DNA of 63,713 nucleotides, filler included, from Craspedostauros australis (GCA_030167865.1; 15 parts of 15 records of this genome joined end to end with filler, not necessarily neighbours in it); one strand, 5' to 3'. Positions 1-11,544 are shown, counted from the first letter of the whole stretch. Notes: a model not told the origin generated them from the letters alone. Numbers and translations: made by a program.

Positions 1-445
1 GTGGTGCTTCTTCGACAATGTCGAGTGGGGTGTTGATGCATTCTTGAAGACTGCCTCGTTGTCGCAGAACATATTCGTCGGTCCTTCGATAGGTACCCCA
101 AACATGCGCAGCTTGTATCGAAGCGACGACACCATCTCCACTGCGAGCCTCATCGCAGTGAACTCTGACCCAAAGGTAGAGGTCTCCACCGAGTTCTGCC
201 TCTTGCTGTACCATAGAACCGGTGCACGATTCAGGAAGATTAGTATCCCTGTTTGCGATCGCCTTGTCGCCTTGTCAGCTGCGTGGTTGGCATCCACGAA
301 GCAATGTGTCGATGCTGTGTTGCCTCTGGGCTCCGGCATGTCCATTGGCATGGCTTCCTCAGCATCGCGGTAGAAGTCCTCCCATTCAAATGACTGGAAG
401 CGGTCTTCTGATATCCTGGGGTGATCAGGGTCCATCAGAATTCAT
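1..445 (-). mobile_element. Ty1/copia (CoDi-type) retrotransposon pol fragment: RT-RNase H junction and RNase H domain, truncated
   Basis: Minus-strand frame, absent from the ORF track, reads MDPDHPRISEDRFQSFEWEDFYRDAEEAMPMDMPEPRG..CFVDANHAADKATRRSQTGILIFLNRAPVLWYSKRQNSVETSTFGSEF..LRYKLRMFGVPIEGPTNMFCDNEAV..STLSKKHH. This is a typical copia RNase H. Homology stops at a TGA near 445. Confidence 0.93.
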
Positions 446-976
446 TCTCCACAGAAGGTGCAAGGTGCCATTTGGGCAGAATCCGCTTGTGTCGTGACGC
501 CCATAGACTAACATAGGCCATAGCGTGTGAAAAGTAGAAATGATTGTCACATCATTCGACTTTCTTTTTTCACATCAACCGGACGACGGTCCGACTGCCA
601 CCAACATGTGCACAAGCAGACAGGACGAATCAACGCAGACCCCAACACGACACGACGCAACACCACACAACGGAACAAAACATGGTGCATTCGCTGCGAT
701 TGAAAAGGACACACCAACACAAGAACAACAGTCACAAACCATCAAAGAGGTTTGCATTGATCAAGGCCAAGATCAAGATCACGATCGAGATCAGACAAAG
801 TCGAGCTCTCCCCCTCCCTCTCTCTCTCTTTCTCTCTCTCTCTCTACTCGTCAAGTGCAGAGCATTGCAGAGAATAGAGAACGAAAGAGTTGGCATCTGA
901 TCATACGTGTGCTCTCGTGGAGAGTATTATAAAAAATTACCGTAGAATACAAGACAAGCGAAGAGAAGAGGAAACG

Positions 977-2668
977 ATGGTGTCAGGCAGCGAGCGCGCA
1001 ACGCGCATGAGACAACTGCGTCGCAAGGCATCGAGAGGATCGGCCGTTCGCAGCGATGACTTCGACGACGATGATGACTTCATTGCTGACGAGGAATCGC
1101 CGGAGGCGGAGTTCGATGAGAAGCCATCCGACGGCGATGCGATGAGGAATCGGTTGATGGGACGCGTCAAGAAGTCCAAGGACGAAAGCAAGGAGCGGCA
1201 GCTGCGTAGCCAGGTGCGGACGACGACGAAGGAGGTGGAGAAGCCGAAGAAGGAAGGGACGATGATTCCCAAAAAGTCGCCCGGAGGCATCCCCAAAAAG
1301 GAGGCAAAGCCGGAGATGACCTCGTTGCTTTCCGGGATGAAGGCCCCATCCGCCTCGGCCAGCAGCAATATCAACAATAACACCAACAACAACACCAACA
1401 CTAGCATTAAGAACAGCAGCAGCGGCGGCAAGAGGAAGGAGAGGAAAGACGACGGAGCAAATCAGCCATCCAAAAAACAAGCGAGGTCTCGCAGCGAAAG
1501 GCGATCGGATGGTGGTGCATCAAGCAAACAGAACAACAAGAGTGCCGGAGGATCAAAGGACAGATTAAGGCAACCTGAGACGCAGTTGAATGTCACTCCG
1601 CGCATGACGCCCCCTGTCGTGGTTCCGACTCCATCGTCTCAAGATAAACAGAACTCCGCGGCCAAACTGTACCAATATCAGTCTCAACCCTCGGACGCTG
1701 CAGCCTTCATTGCAAGCTCCAGGAAAACGCGATTGCTGGACAGCATCGAAAGCGCCTGCACCAAGATTCTGCAGGACGACGTTATGGGCCAATTCCAGAA
1801 GTCTTCATCGGCAGGCACCTTCGATCTTTTCATGTCCTTCCAAGCCAACGACGAGTTTGATTTCTTCGACACCGACACGATGGGAAACATCGTCATGCAG
1901 CCCAAGATACCAATCTTTCCCGAGGATTTCCCGCAGGGCAAGGAACCTTGGCCGCTGTCCTGGTGGGGCATCGTCGACCCGGCCGAGCTGGGAGAGGCCC
2001 GCGGACGCGAAGGCGGCAGGAGGTCCAGATCAGGCCGACGCCGCGCCGACAGCCTGGACGACGACAGAAGGAAGCGTCGGCGCTCGTCGTCGCGGGAACG
2101 GCGCTCCAGAAAGTCGCACGGGGACCGCGAAGAGGATCCTTCACGGCGCAGGGAGCGCAATGGTCGCGGCGAACCGGATCATGGACGGGCGCAGGATTCA
2201 CGCCGCCAACGAGATCGGGAGCGAGAATCGGAGCGCGATCGTGCACGCGAACGTGACCGCGACCGCAGCCAACGCGACATGCACAGGGATGGCGGCCGGC
2301 CACGCGAGCATCGGCGGGAGGAACGTTATCCACCACACCCCAAGAACATGCCGCCGGCAGGGTACTACGGTCACCCGGCCCATCCTCCGCGAGACGAGCG
2401 TCGTTTCTTCGATGACCATGACGCCCCCTGGCGCAACCGCCCTCCTCCTCCAGAGCAGAACAATCACTACGGACCGGCGCAGCAACCGAAACAACCGAAG
2501 CCGTTCGACGAGGGGCATCATCATTATGGAAGGATGCCACCGCACCCCTTCCCTCCTGGTCACTTCGACGGTCCTCCGCCACCCCATCAACGCATGGACA
2601 ATCGTCGACCGCGTGACAACCAAAGGATGCACGAGCCTCCCAGGCAGCAATCGCGCAGGAAGTGGTGA
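977..2668 (+). CDS. Hypothetical low-complexity protein with Arg/Asp/Glu/Ser mixed-charge and Pro/His-rich regions, probably nuclear
   Basis: Long single-exon ORF with first good ATG at 977. Contains RS/RE/RD dipeptide tracts and one ordered-looking motif (MQPKIPIFPEDFPQGKEPWPLSWWGIVDP). A (CT)n tract lies upstream at about 805-845. Confidence 0.75.
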   Translation: MVSGSERATRMRQLRRKASRGSAVRSDDFDDDDDFIADEESPEAEFDEKPSDGDAMRNRLMGRVKKSKDESKERQLRSQVRTTTKEVEKPKKEGTMIPKKSPGGIPKKEAKPEMTSLLSGMKAPSASASSNINNNTNNNTNTSIKNSSSGGKRKERKDDGANQPSKKQARSRSERRSDGGASSKQNNKSAGGSKDRLRQPETQLNVTPRMTPPVVVPTPSSQDKQNSAAKLYQYQSQPSDAAAFIASSRKTRLLDSIESACTKILQDDVMGQFQKSSSAGTFDLFMSFQANDEFDFFDTDTMGNIVMQPKIPIFPEDFPQGKEPWPLSWWGIVDPAELGEARGREGGRRSRSGRRRADSLDDDRRKRRRSSSRERRSRKSHGDREEDPSRRRERNGRGEPDHGRAQDSRRQRDRERESERDRARERDRDRSQRDMHRDGGRPREHRREERYPPHPKNMPPAGYYGHPAHPPRDERRFFDDHDAPWRNRPPPPEQNNHYGPAQQPKQPKPFDEGHHHYGRMPPHPFPPGHFDGPPPPHQRMDNRRPRDNQRMHEPPRQQSRRKW

Positions 2669-2856
2669 ACATCATTGCACAGGGATGGTCTCAGAGTACT
2701 CTCCCATTGATAAGCGTTAAAAAACAGTCTACATCTCTATTTTCTTGCGACATGAATTCAATTCAGCACTTCATCGTTACGCGAACATCGATGGTGTTGA
2801 ATAGAGATGGCGGAGCAAGGTAGTGCCGTGATTCCGTTGCTGCGTTACGCACTCTT

Positions 2857-5800
2857 TCATCCATGATTTCTGACCCTCAGGAACGCATACGTCCTGCTCA
2901 TGCGGGCGATGATCTGAATTTGCTGGCTGACGCAGACCGCACCTGACAAAGACAGAGCGGAGTGCATTGCGGGACAAAGCAGAGCAGGATAGTGCACGAG
3001 TAGCAAGAACCAAACAGAGTTGCGAAGTTGTGCACGAACGCACTCGGAGGGTTTTAATGAGAAGATAGCAAACACACGCACTTGTATGGTGGAGAATCGT
3101 CCTGTCGGTATCGCCATCATCATCATCATCATCAAGCATCGTCGTCATCAAGGACGGCACGATGGCCGTACTCGAGAGCATGCGTCACATCAACGTACCT
3201 CGTTCCCCAGCCAGTTCTGCCAAGTCCTCAGCGACGCTCCGAATGTCATTTGATGAAAAGCGACGACGGTCTCTCCACAGGATCGTTCGCAACTCGTGAA
3301 TGTGCAACATCATCATACCTGAGTTGCGAAGCAGGAGTATCACACATTTGACAATACTCGTTGATCGAGCGAGCAAGGTAGAACATGTTAGTTCAGTGAG
3401 ACAAAGCAATCCACAAGGAAGAGGAACCAAGCGCAGGAATGCCATCACAGCGGCAGTACCTACCTAAGTCGTCTGACCTCAGCACGATACCATCATGGCG
3501 AAGACCCCCGCGCGTTTGCTGTGCTGGACCAGCACCGGCAACGCTATCGTGGCGAAGCATGGGCGTTTGATACGATGATGAATTATCTCGCATCACCAGC
3601 AGGCGTTCCATCTCGAGCAGTCCATGCTGGAAGGAACCATACGTCTCCTCCTTGCTCTTTCCCAACTTCAGCAAAGCGTATCGCACGAATCGAAGCATTC
3701 GCTGGCATGCGTAGATCAAGAACACTGCAGGCGTGACAGCCGCAAGGTTCATGTTCATGTTGTTCGATGCTTGCATATCATCGAGTGCCACAAGCGCATT
3801 CATCATTTCCTATGGGGCATTTGAGGCAGTTGAGGGGAAGGTGCGAAGAGCACGTACGAGTACGATGTAGGTCAGCAGAAGTGCATGACACATGTACAGA
3901 CACGCACATACAGACCGTAGCGATCATAATGATGGCGATGACGATGGGGATGCAAGTGAATGTGAGGGTGAGCATTTTGGGTGGCCATATGGCACGGAAC
4001 AAGTACGCAACACATGGGTGAGATCAAAACTACCAGAGGACGATTGGAAGGCTTCGATGTCAACGTTGGTACACTTGCAAGGCCTTGCGATGCTGCATGG
4101 GCACGCTGCGCATCCTACTAGAATGTTCGATAGGATCATGGACGTCATGCATGCTTGCGTGTCTGTGTACCCGTGCACACTTGTCCATACCTCGCGGCAT
4201 CCGCATGGCGCTGTTGCTCACCTTTTTGAGGAACTGTGCTTCGATGAAGCTCATCCGAATGACGTTGTTAATTTCGTAAAAGGTCTTCAAGCTCTCCGCC
4301 TTCTTGGTTTCGATCAGAGACATGTCCATGGACTTGGCGCGGAAATCCCGTTCTTGCTCGTTCATGCTGGGGTAGTTCTCGTCAAGCCAGCTCCGTATCA
4401 TCAGCTGCAAATTCTCAACCACGATGTTCCGCGTCTCTCTGTCGCTAATATTCTCGGATCCTTTCACAAGTTCATCGAAGATGGCCACGACGGGTTCGTT
4501 GATGTGCTCCTTGAAGAATGTGATGATTTGGGATGCGGTGAATTTGATGAATTGGATACCGTATCCATTTTCGGAGAGTCGGATGCAAAGGAACAGGAAG
4601 GCCGGCACGCCAAGTGCCGTGATGTACCAGTTCCGTCTCATCCAGTTCGGCTGTTTCAATACATCCAACCGACGTGCCCTTTGCATGGCGATGACATCTT
4701 TCATGACATCCAACAAGCTGCCAACTTCTTTCGCCATGAGATGAAGGTTAGTGACCTTCGCCCGCGTCTGCTCATCTGGAGATGTTTCGGGTATGGATTG
4801 CATGGATTCGTTGAGCCCATGCTTGGAGCTAGGCTGCGGCAAAGCTGCCCACGACGGGGTTTTCCTCATGCTTTCATCGGTTGCTGCCACATCCAAGCGT
4901 TCGATCTCGTCCAGTTGTTGAGAGGAGTCGAAGAAACCAAAATCGCCCCCGTCACCAGTCGAAGGACCTTCCTGGCTGGTATTGGGGTTGGAGTTGGTGC
5001 CGATGTTGACCTTGGCGTTGGGATTGCTCATGGTGGGCGTGTTCGTAGAAGTGGCACTTTTGTTGTGGATATCGTGGCTGAAGTTGCCGCAATTCTCATC
5101 ATGCCAATGCTCTTGGTACGGCAACCTCAGCATACCATTGGATGCTCTTCGGAGCTGCTTGCGAACAAGATGGATTGCATCCACCGACCATTGGGCCAGC
5201 GCTGGATCGTCGATGTGTATCTTCCCATCATGCTGGTTGCGAACGAAGATATCGGCGTAGTACAAAGCATTATGATGACCTGAGTGACTGGGCAGGTTGC
5301 TGACGTTGGATTGCGGCGCACCCGAGGGAATGCCATCCAGCTTTGGGAGACGCATTTCGCTGAGCTCGGACGAGACGCGTTGGAAGCGCCCCGGTGGCAA
5401 TGGACGGCTGACGGTCTGTTGCACTGGAGTGTCGGCAGCCATGGATCCATCAAATATGGTCACGGCTGCCCATTCGCCTCCTTCACCCAGCACGCCCCAG
5501 GCGGAGACTCCACGTTGCCAACCCGATCGCAATAGATGCTGCAAGCAATCCGAGAAAAGCAGAAATGAGGAATGGTGAGCAAAGTTGCGTACTCGTGCAA
5601 CGACAGAAGCATATCTGCACCTGCACTTCGATGCCGATACGGCCGACCACGCGAATACTACGCACGCCGCTGCATATCACTGTTTGCATCCTGACCAGTA
5701 TGACTGTTATTCCCGTCCTCTTTTTTACGCTACTGTGAATGTTGGACCATAAAATGGATAAAACACTCTGCATCCGACGTACCTTTTGAAGATCCCCAAT

Positions 5801-7063
5801 GGATGCACACCGGCGTGCGAGAACAGCTTGGATCTGCGTCACTTTCTGCCCGATCACATGATGGTCGTACCCCATCGGGGAGAACCAGACTGCAGATAAT
5901 GGTAGAATGATTATCAGAATGGATGATAAGGCAGTTTTTGAGTGTGCATGTGTGTAGGCGTCGGTGAATGTGAATAGTCTGCGCAATGCAACTGTGCTGG
6001 CGCTCCGTCCTTACAACATCGGTGTCAAACTGCTGTACAAAAATGATTTTCAAAGCCCAATGGGACCATCGACCGCATCGCTGCGCCCAACGGACAGTAC
6101 AAAGAAGCAAACGGGCAAACACAAAGACACGCGCATCATACTTGGACTCCTCCCATCGCACCTCCAACGCTGTGTCATGCTATCCCGTGTTAGAACGCGC
6201 CATGCCATGCCGTGCCATGTTACATCGTGCGTACCATGAGGACCAGCCTCCAACCATGACAACATGGGCCGCTCCCATCGGTAGGACCAATACCGCAAGG
6301 CCTCATGCAGCTCTACGGCCTCGTCCAGAGCCAAATCTCGATACGCTCGCAATGTCCCCTCCGCCAGCTGCGACGCGGTTTCGGACGGCGACGACAATGC
6401 CTCCTGATTGTGTCTCGCGGCCGCGATAGTCGCGGTGCAACTGAGATTGTCGCCGTGCGAGTCCGCCGACGACGAATCCTTGGAGCCATTCTCGCCGTAG
6501 ACATCGTACTCGTCGCTCTCGGCAGGATCGAAGGAACGACTGTGAACGGGGACCGTGTTCAGCAAGGAACGCACGGCCATGAGACTGTCATGAGGCTGAG
6601 CCTGATCGTTGCGTCCACCGCGGATGGAAATGTACGGATTCTGAAAGAGGCCGGTGAACATCGGTCCGGTGAGCAAGTTGGCAGAACCACGCGAGTGCTT
6701 GGAATCGCTGTCATGACTTGGGAGCTTGTCGATGATTGGGTGCGACGCCTCCGTGCTGCCCTTCGCATGTTCGTGCATCGCTGAACCCGCATCGGCCCAG
6801 CCACCGTAGTATCCCGTGGATGCGACCAAGTCGGAGGCATAGGCATACGATCGATCGACTGCTGATCTCATCGAATCTGCTGTGCTCCAGAAGTACTGCT
6901 GTGCGGATGCTGCGGCCGATCCCGCGCTGGATGCCGCATTCGGTTCTGTGCTCGTGTTTGTGTTTGTGCTTCCTCTGATGCTTGTTGATGTCGAGTTCGT
7001 TCCTCGGGAAGGAGCCAGAGGTGATGCGCCTTTCCGTGGAGCAGATCCGCCATTTGACGTCAT
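2857..7063 (-). CDS. Nuclear control of ATPase 2 (NCA2)/DGS1-family mitochondrial membrane protein, 6 exons
   Basis: GT-AG exons that join in frame: about 7063-6235, 5889-5783, 5538-4222, 3809-3464, 3318-3198 and 2943-2857. Motifs QPNWMRRNWYITAL, FFKEHINEPVVAIFDEL, IRMSFIEAQFLKK|EMMNALVALDDMQASNNMNMNLAAVTPA and EDLAELAG..QQIQIIARMSRTY match the NCA2/DGS1 C-terminal region. Confidence 0.82.
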
Positions 7064-7618
7064 CGTGTGATGCTTGAGCTGTTGTTATTCTTCGTTACCA
7101 AAACGCACCCTTCTCCAGCTGCCTCGATTGGGTCCAAGTTAGTATTGCTTCCTTCTTGATGCTCTCCGGCTGCACACACACGAGCGCACACACGAGTGGA
7201 GATGCGATTGTCTGTGATGTGTGGGGCCTCCTTCGGTTTCTGCGTCCACCCTCATTTTCTGGTTGCCTTGATTTCGTGTTTTGGGCGGGTGATGTCCGGG
7301 GACCGTGGTAAACACTGATTTGTTAATAATATCAGCAAAATTTCAATCGGGGATATCTCAGTCTGTCCTTGATGCGAATGATGGATACTTGTGGCTTCAC
7401 GATGGTGGTACCGTGTTTGGACGATTCGTCATCAACAATTTCACCCACCACAAACAACCAAACCCACCCAGAAACGTGCACACAACATCAACGCACGTTG
7501 TCGTCATGGGTGGAATGCTGAGCAACAGATTACAGCGAGCTCACCATAGAATCCAGTTCATGCTGTTGCCCCTCACTTCCTCGAACAGCGTTGACCCACT
7601 CCCCTTCCATCTCGCACC

Positions 7619-8977
7619 ATGACGGTCTCTCCCTCCTCCCTCTTCCAGATCTCGAACCTGAAGCTCGCCAACGAGGCAAAGTTGAAGGGCGTTCCCATCT
7701 CCACAGGAATCGGTTACTTCGATCACATGATCGATCAACTGAATTCCCATGCGCAAGTTGGCATCGGTCTGCAGGTTCAGTTGGCGGGAGGCGGCGGCAG
7801 CAGAAGCAGCGACAGCGGCGAGAATCGCAACTTCCATGCCAACCAGGATCAGAAGGCGTTGCTGGAAACGGTGGGACGAGCTGTTGGGTCGGAGCTGAAT
7901 CAGATGATGGCGTCGATGTGGACGGACAGCGACGCCATGGCCTCGCTGGAGAAGGAATCCTTCCGATTCTGCTGTCCGTTGGACGAGGCGTTGGTGGAAT
8001 GCGTGTTGCAACGCGTCCCCACGAACGGAGAGCTGTCGGGAGATCTGACACCCTACGGTCACTTCCCGAAGGCGGGTGGACGCAAGCACATTGGGTCGTT
8101 GGAGACCATCGCGCTGGCCGAATTCTGGAAGGGCGTGGCGTCGGAATCTCACTTGAACATCACCCTGCAGCAGATCCGTGGCACCAACGCCCATCACGTG
8201 TGCGAATCGGCCTTCAAGGCGTTCTCTCGTGCCTTGCGCACCCTGCTGGACTCGTCCTATCCCGACAGTCTGTGGGCCGCCCAAAGCGAAAATCAAAAGG
8301 CCAGCGCCGCGCTGAACCGCCAAGGCAAGGTGGCGCGCCAGACGAAAGAAACGTCGATCGAGATCGATTTGCGATTGAGCCAGCCCGATGTCAACGTGCA
8401 GATCTCGACGGGCATTCCGGTGCTGGATACTTTCTACACGCTGTTGGCGGAAGCTGCTGAAATGAGCCTCACTGTGGAGTGCAAGGGCGATCTGTGGGTC
8501 GACGAGCATCACACTGCGGAGGATGTCAGCATCGCAATTGGCCAGTGCCTGACGCAAGCCTTGGGCACCAAGGCGGGGTTGAATCGCATGTGGCTGGGCA
8601 AGGGTCAGCACAACGACGCCACGGTCGAAGTCACGATGGATCTCAGCAACCGCCCATGCTTGGGACACAACTTGGAAGAGTTTCTGCAACGCCAAGAGTA
8701 CGTCGACGACGACACGATCAACAGCACGCTGGACGTTGGTTCCTTGCAGCAGCACACCAAGCTGACCTGCGAGATGATGGAACACGTGCTGGATTCCCTC
8801 GTCATGAATGGTCGCATGACGGTGCACGTGGTGCAAACCAACAAGCCAGGCGCCAGCGTGCAGGATACCTTCCTGGCCACCGCCAAGGCCTTCGGTGCGG
8901 CCTTGCGCGTGTGCGCCATGATCGATTGTCGTCGTGCAGGACAGACGGCCAGCAGTAAGGGGACGTTGTCGGTTTAA
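7619..8977 (+). CDS. hisB: Imidazoleglycerol-phosphate dehydratase (histidine biosynthesis), tandem two-domain fusion
   Basis: Domain 1 has ISTGIGYFDHM, PLDEAL and GTNAHHVCESAFKAFSRALR. Domain 2 has RQTKET, ISTGIP, KGDLWVDEHHTAEDV, MDLSNRP and the C-terminal SSKGTL. At 452 aa it is about twice a normal IGPD. Confidence 0.93.
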   Translation: MTVSPSSLFQISNLKLANEAKLKGVPISTGIGYFDHMIDQLNSHAQVGIGLQVQLAGGGGSRSSDSGENRNFHANQDQKALLETVGRAVGSELNQMMASMWTDSDAMASLEKESFRFCCPLDEALVECVLQRVPTNGELSGDLTPYGHFPKAGGRKHIGSLETIALAEFWKGVASESHLNITLQQIRGTNAHHVCESAFKAFSRALRTLLDSSYPDSLWAAQSENQKASAALNRQGKVARQTKETSIEIDLRLSQPDVNVQISTGIPVLDTFYTLLAEAAEMSLTVECKGDLWVDEHHTAEDVSIAIGQCLTQALGTKAGLNRMWLGKGQHNDATVEVTMDLSNRPCLGHNLEEFLQRQEYVDDDTINSTLDVGSLQQHTKLTCEMMEHVLDSLVMNGRMTVHVVQTNKPGASVQDTFLATAKAFGAALRVCAMIDCRRAGQTASSKGTLSV

Positions 8978-9221
8978 AGGAGATATTTAACTAATCTCAC
9001 AGAGTATACCTGTTGGCATGATACAGCAGTGTATTTCGTTGAGAAAATGTCGCTGCTATTGTTGTTGCTGTGGCTGCTAACTCATGTGGAAGTTGATAGA
9101 GTTCTGAGAGTAGAATCAATCTTACCTCTCGAGAGAGTGGGCGTTGCAACACACACACACGCGCGCGCACGCACTCGTATAGTAGTATATGCACTCTACG
9201 CGCACGAAAAATGAGCAACGA

Positions 9222-10430
9222 TCACGACAACAACGCTAACGACACCGTGGCGACGCTGCGCGCATCTCCGAATTTGCCTTGCAACAGCGCCTGCTTCGTC
9301 TCGTCGCGCGTCAGAACCTCGACTTGCTGCGTGCCGGTGTAATCCGATGGCAACCCCGTGACGCCCTTCAGGAGATAGGAATGCACGAAGGCGCCGCCGC
9401 GATCGGGCATGGTGCGATGCCGTCCCAAGTAGGTCCATTGCGATGCCGTGCTGCTGCCGTCGAGCAAGCCGTACTCGTCGACGGTGCGGGGTTGTGGCGT
9501 GTCGTTGTTGTCCGGTATTGGAATGCCGACCGCGATGTGTACCAATTGCTGGGCCACGGCAAAGACGGAACGCGCTTGTTTGTGATCTTGCGATGTCATC
9601 TGGCCCGAGACCGGCCGCCACCGGCGATGTGCTTCGGGGATGGTGGATAGTTTGGCATCGCTCGTCGTTGTGACCCATATGCGCTGCCGCGTGTCGAGGA
9701 TGACGACCTGGATGACGTCCATCTCCTGCAGGATGAGGGCGTCGGGTGCCAGGACGTCCTCGGAGAAGTAGGCGAAGTACGATTGCTGCGGGTTGACGAT
9801 GCGCTGGCAGATGGCGGATTCGGTCTCGGCGACGGTGATGAGAGATGGGTTGACGATCTGATCCATCTGCAGCCAGGATGGGCCGTGGTAGAGCGTGGAC
9901 GTGTCGTCGTCTGCATTCAACGTGCTGCTGATGACCTGGTTCAATGATGCTTGCTGCTGTTTCTGTTCGCCAGCCTTTTGTTGCATACGGTCCAGCCGTT
10001 TCATCTGCTTTTCCAGGTTGGTGCTGAGGAACGTGACGACGAGACATGGGATGAGCAGCAGGATGATGAAGCTGAAATACAGCGGGCCCTTGCGGATGAA
10101 GCTGCTGTTCCGACCTGCCGTTTGGTAGCTGTAGGACGTCCTGCCACCGCCGCTGTGGTGGTAGGGATTGGCATTGTTGAGACCGACGGTGCCTGTGCTC
10201 GTGCTGCGATGGTTCGCAAGGTTGCCAGTGACGTTGTTGTGAACGTTGCTGGAGCCACTGCCAGTGATGGTGTTGGTGTTTGAACTGGCACCGGTGTTGG
10301 CACTGGCGTTGGCACCGGCGTTGGCACCGGCGTTGGCGTTTGGGATACTGAGGTTGCTGTTGCTCACACGACGTTGCGTCTGCATCATGGAAGCATTTGC
10401 AGGCGGATGCGCTGATGATGATCCCATCAT
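9222..10430 (-). CDS. Type II membrane protein with a degenerate Nudix-hydrolase-like C-terminal domain
   Basis: ATG ATG at 10430. Asn/Ser-rich N-terminus, one TM segment (LYFSFIILLLIPCLVVTFL), a short coiled coil, then WTYLGRHRTMPDRGGAFVHSYLL..QVEVLTRDETKQALLQGKFGDARSVATVSLAL, resembling ADP-ribose-pyrophosphatase-type Nudix C-termini. Confidence 0.6.
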   Translation of the reverse strand: MMGSSSAHPPANASMMQTQRRVSNSNLSIPNANAGANAGANASANTGASSNTNTITGSGSSNVHNNVTGNLANHRSTSTGTVGLNNANPYHHSGGGRTSYSYQTAGRNSSFIRKGPLYFSFIILLLIPCLVVTFLSTNLEKQMKRLDRMQQKAGEQKQQQASLNQVISSTLNADDDTSTLYHGPSWLQMDQIVNPSLITVAETESAICQRIVNPQQSYFAYFSEDVLAPDALILQEMDVIQVVILDTRQRIWVTTTSDAKLSTIPEAHRRWRPVSGQMTSQDHKQARSVFAVAQQLVHIAVGIPIPDNNDTPQPRTVDEYGLLDGSSTASQWTYLGRHRTMPDRGGAFVHSYLLKGVTGLPSDYTGTQQVEVLTRDETKQALLQGKFGDARSVATVSLALLS

Positions 10431-10484
10431 CGTTCCTTTCCTTCCATTCGTCTTTCGACGTACTTTAATCCGTCCTGCCTTTGT

Positions 10485-10521
10485 TTGCCTTGCCTTGCCT
10501 TGCCTTGCCTTGCCTTGCCTT
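10485..10521. repeat. (TTGCC)n pentanucleotide microsatellite
   Basis: About 7 tandem copies immediately upstream of the 10430 start codon. Confidence 0.9.
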
Positions 10522-11496
10522 GGTTTCACCTCTTGCTTGAAATGGCTCGGATGGAGCCCGAGGTGACTGCCGAGGCTTTGTCTGTGAACGTTCAGGCAGG
10601 GTCGGGCACTCAATTCCAATTGATTCCACTCCACTCTATCTGCCTCCTCTATCTGAGTATTCGACAAGTGCCCTTGACGCTCTGTGATCTGTTGGTGAGT
10701 TGAGAGGAGGAAGCGTGATGCTTGTGAGTGAGTGACGGGCGCTGGCACGTACACGTAGTCGTAGGAGAACAAGCCAACGTCGCGCTCAGCCGATGTGCAG
10801 ATGCGATGTTCTGTTCGTCTTCGACGATAATCGTCAGTGCTGCTCGGTGTTGAGAGAAGTAATATATGTAGAGGAGAGTATCGATACGCTGGAGTGGTGA
10901 TCGATGGAATGTGGGACAGACCCAATTGAAATGGGACGAGATGAGATGAGGCGAAGTGAGATGAGATGGAGAGGACGAATGAATGAAGCAGGAGCAGGCG
11001 GTTGTTCGTGCGTGTTCTCCATGAGTTCGGAACCAACGCGATTAGAGTAAGTTCAACACGACACAACGTGGTACAGAGCAATACTCGTAGAACCGCATGG
11101 AACCAAGAATTTGTTCGCTGTTGATATTATAGTCGAATGAGTCGAAGAAATGAAATCAAGCGTGTTTGGGTCTTTGCGCGATGTCGCACGACTGGCGGAA
11201 ACACTCCAAACCGCCGAGCGAACGAGAGCGGACGAGGCGGGAGACAAGGACGCTGACGAAGAGAATGGCGGTGCTTGCGGCCCCACCAGCGTCTTCGTGG
11301 TCGCAGTCGTATCCATCACCGCTCTCTGCCGCTCTCTGCCGCTCTCCGAAATTCTTCATCTCTCATTGTAGTCATATCCTCTTGCCACACACTCCTCTAT
11401 ACCTTTGCACGCATCCATCCGATCGACTGGGCTTTCGGGATTGTGGGCATCGTGGGCATCGTGGGCGTTGAGATAGTGGAACGTCTCAATTGTCAA

Positions 11497-11499
<3 letters not shown>

Positions 11500-11543
<44 letters not shown>
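11500..11543. repeat. (GA)n microsatellite
   Basis: About 22 perfect units roughly 100 nt upstream of the 11643 ORF. Confidence 0.95.

Positions 11544-11544
<1 letters not shown>

Noticed and set aside
3892..5283. Long + strand ORF of 463 aa, and similar antisense ORFs at 7541-8836, 13713-14840, 32858-33952 and 36501-37211
   Set aside because: These are shadow frames opposite well-supported genes, caused by GC3 bias. They have no recognisable motifs.
10431..11081. N-terminal extension of the 619-aa ORF
   Set aside because: It starts at a non-ATG codon and runs through microsatellites (QGKAR repeats from TTGCC). It is most likely 5' UTR or intergenic DNA.
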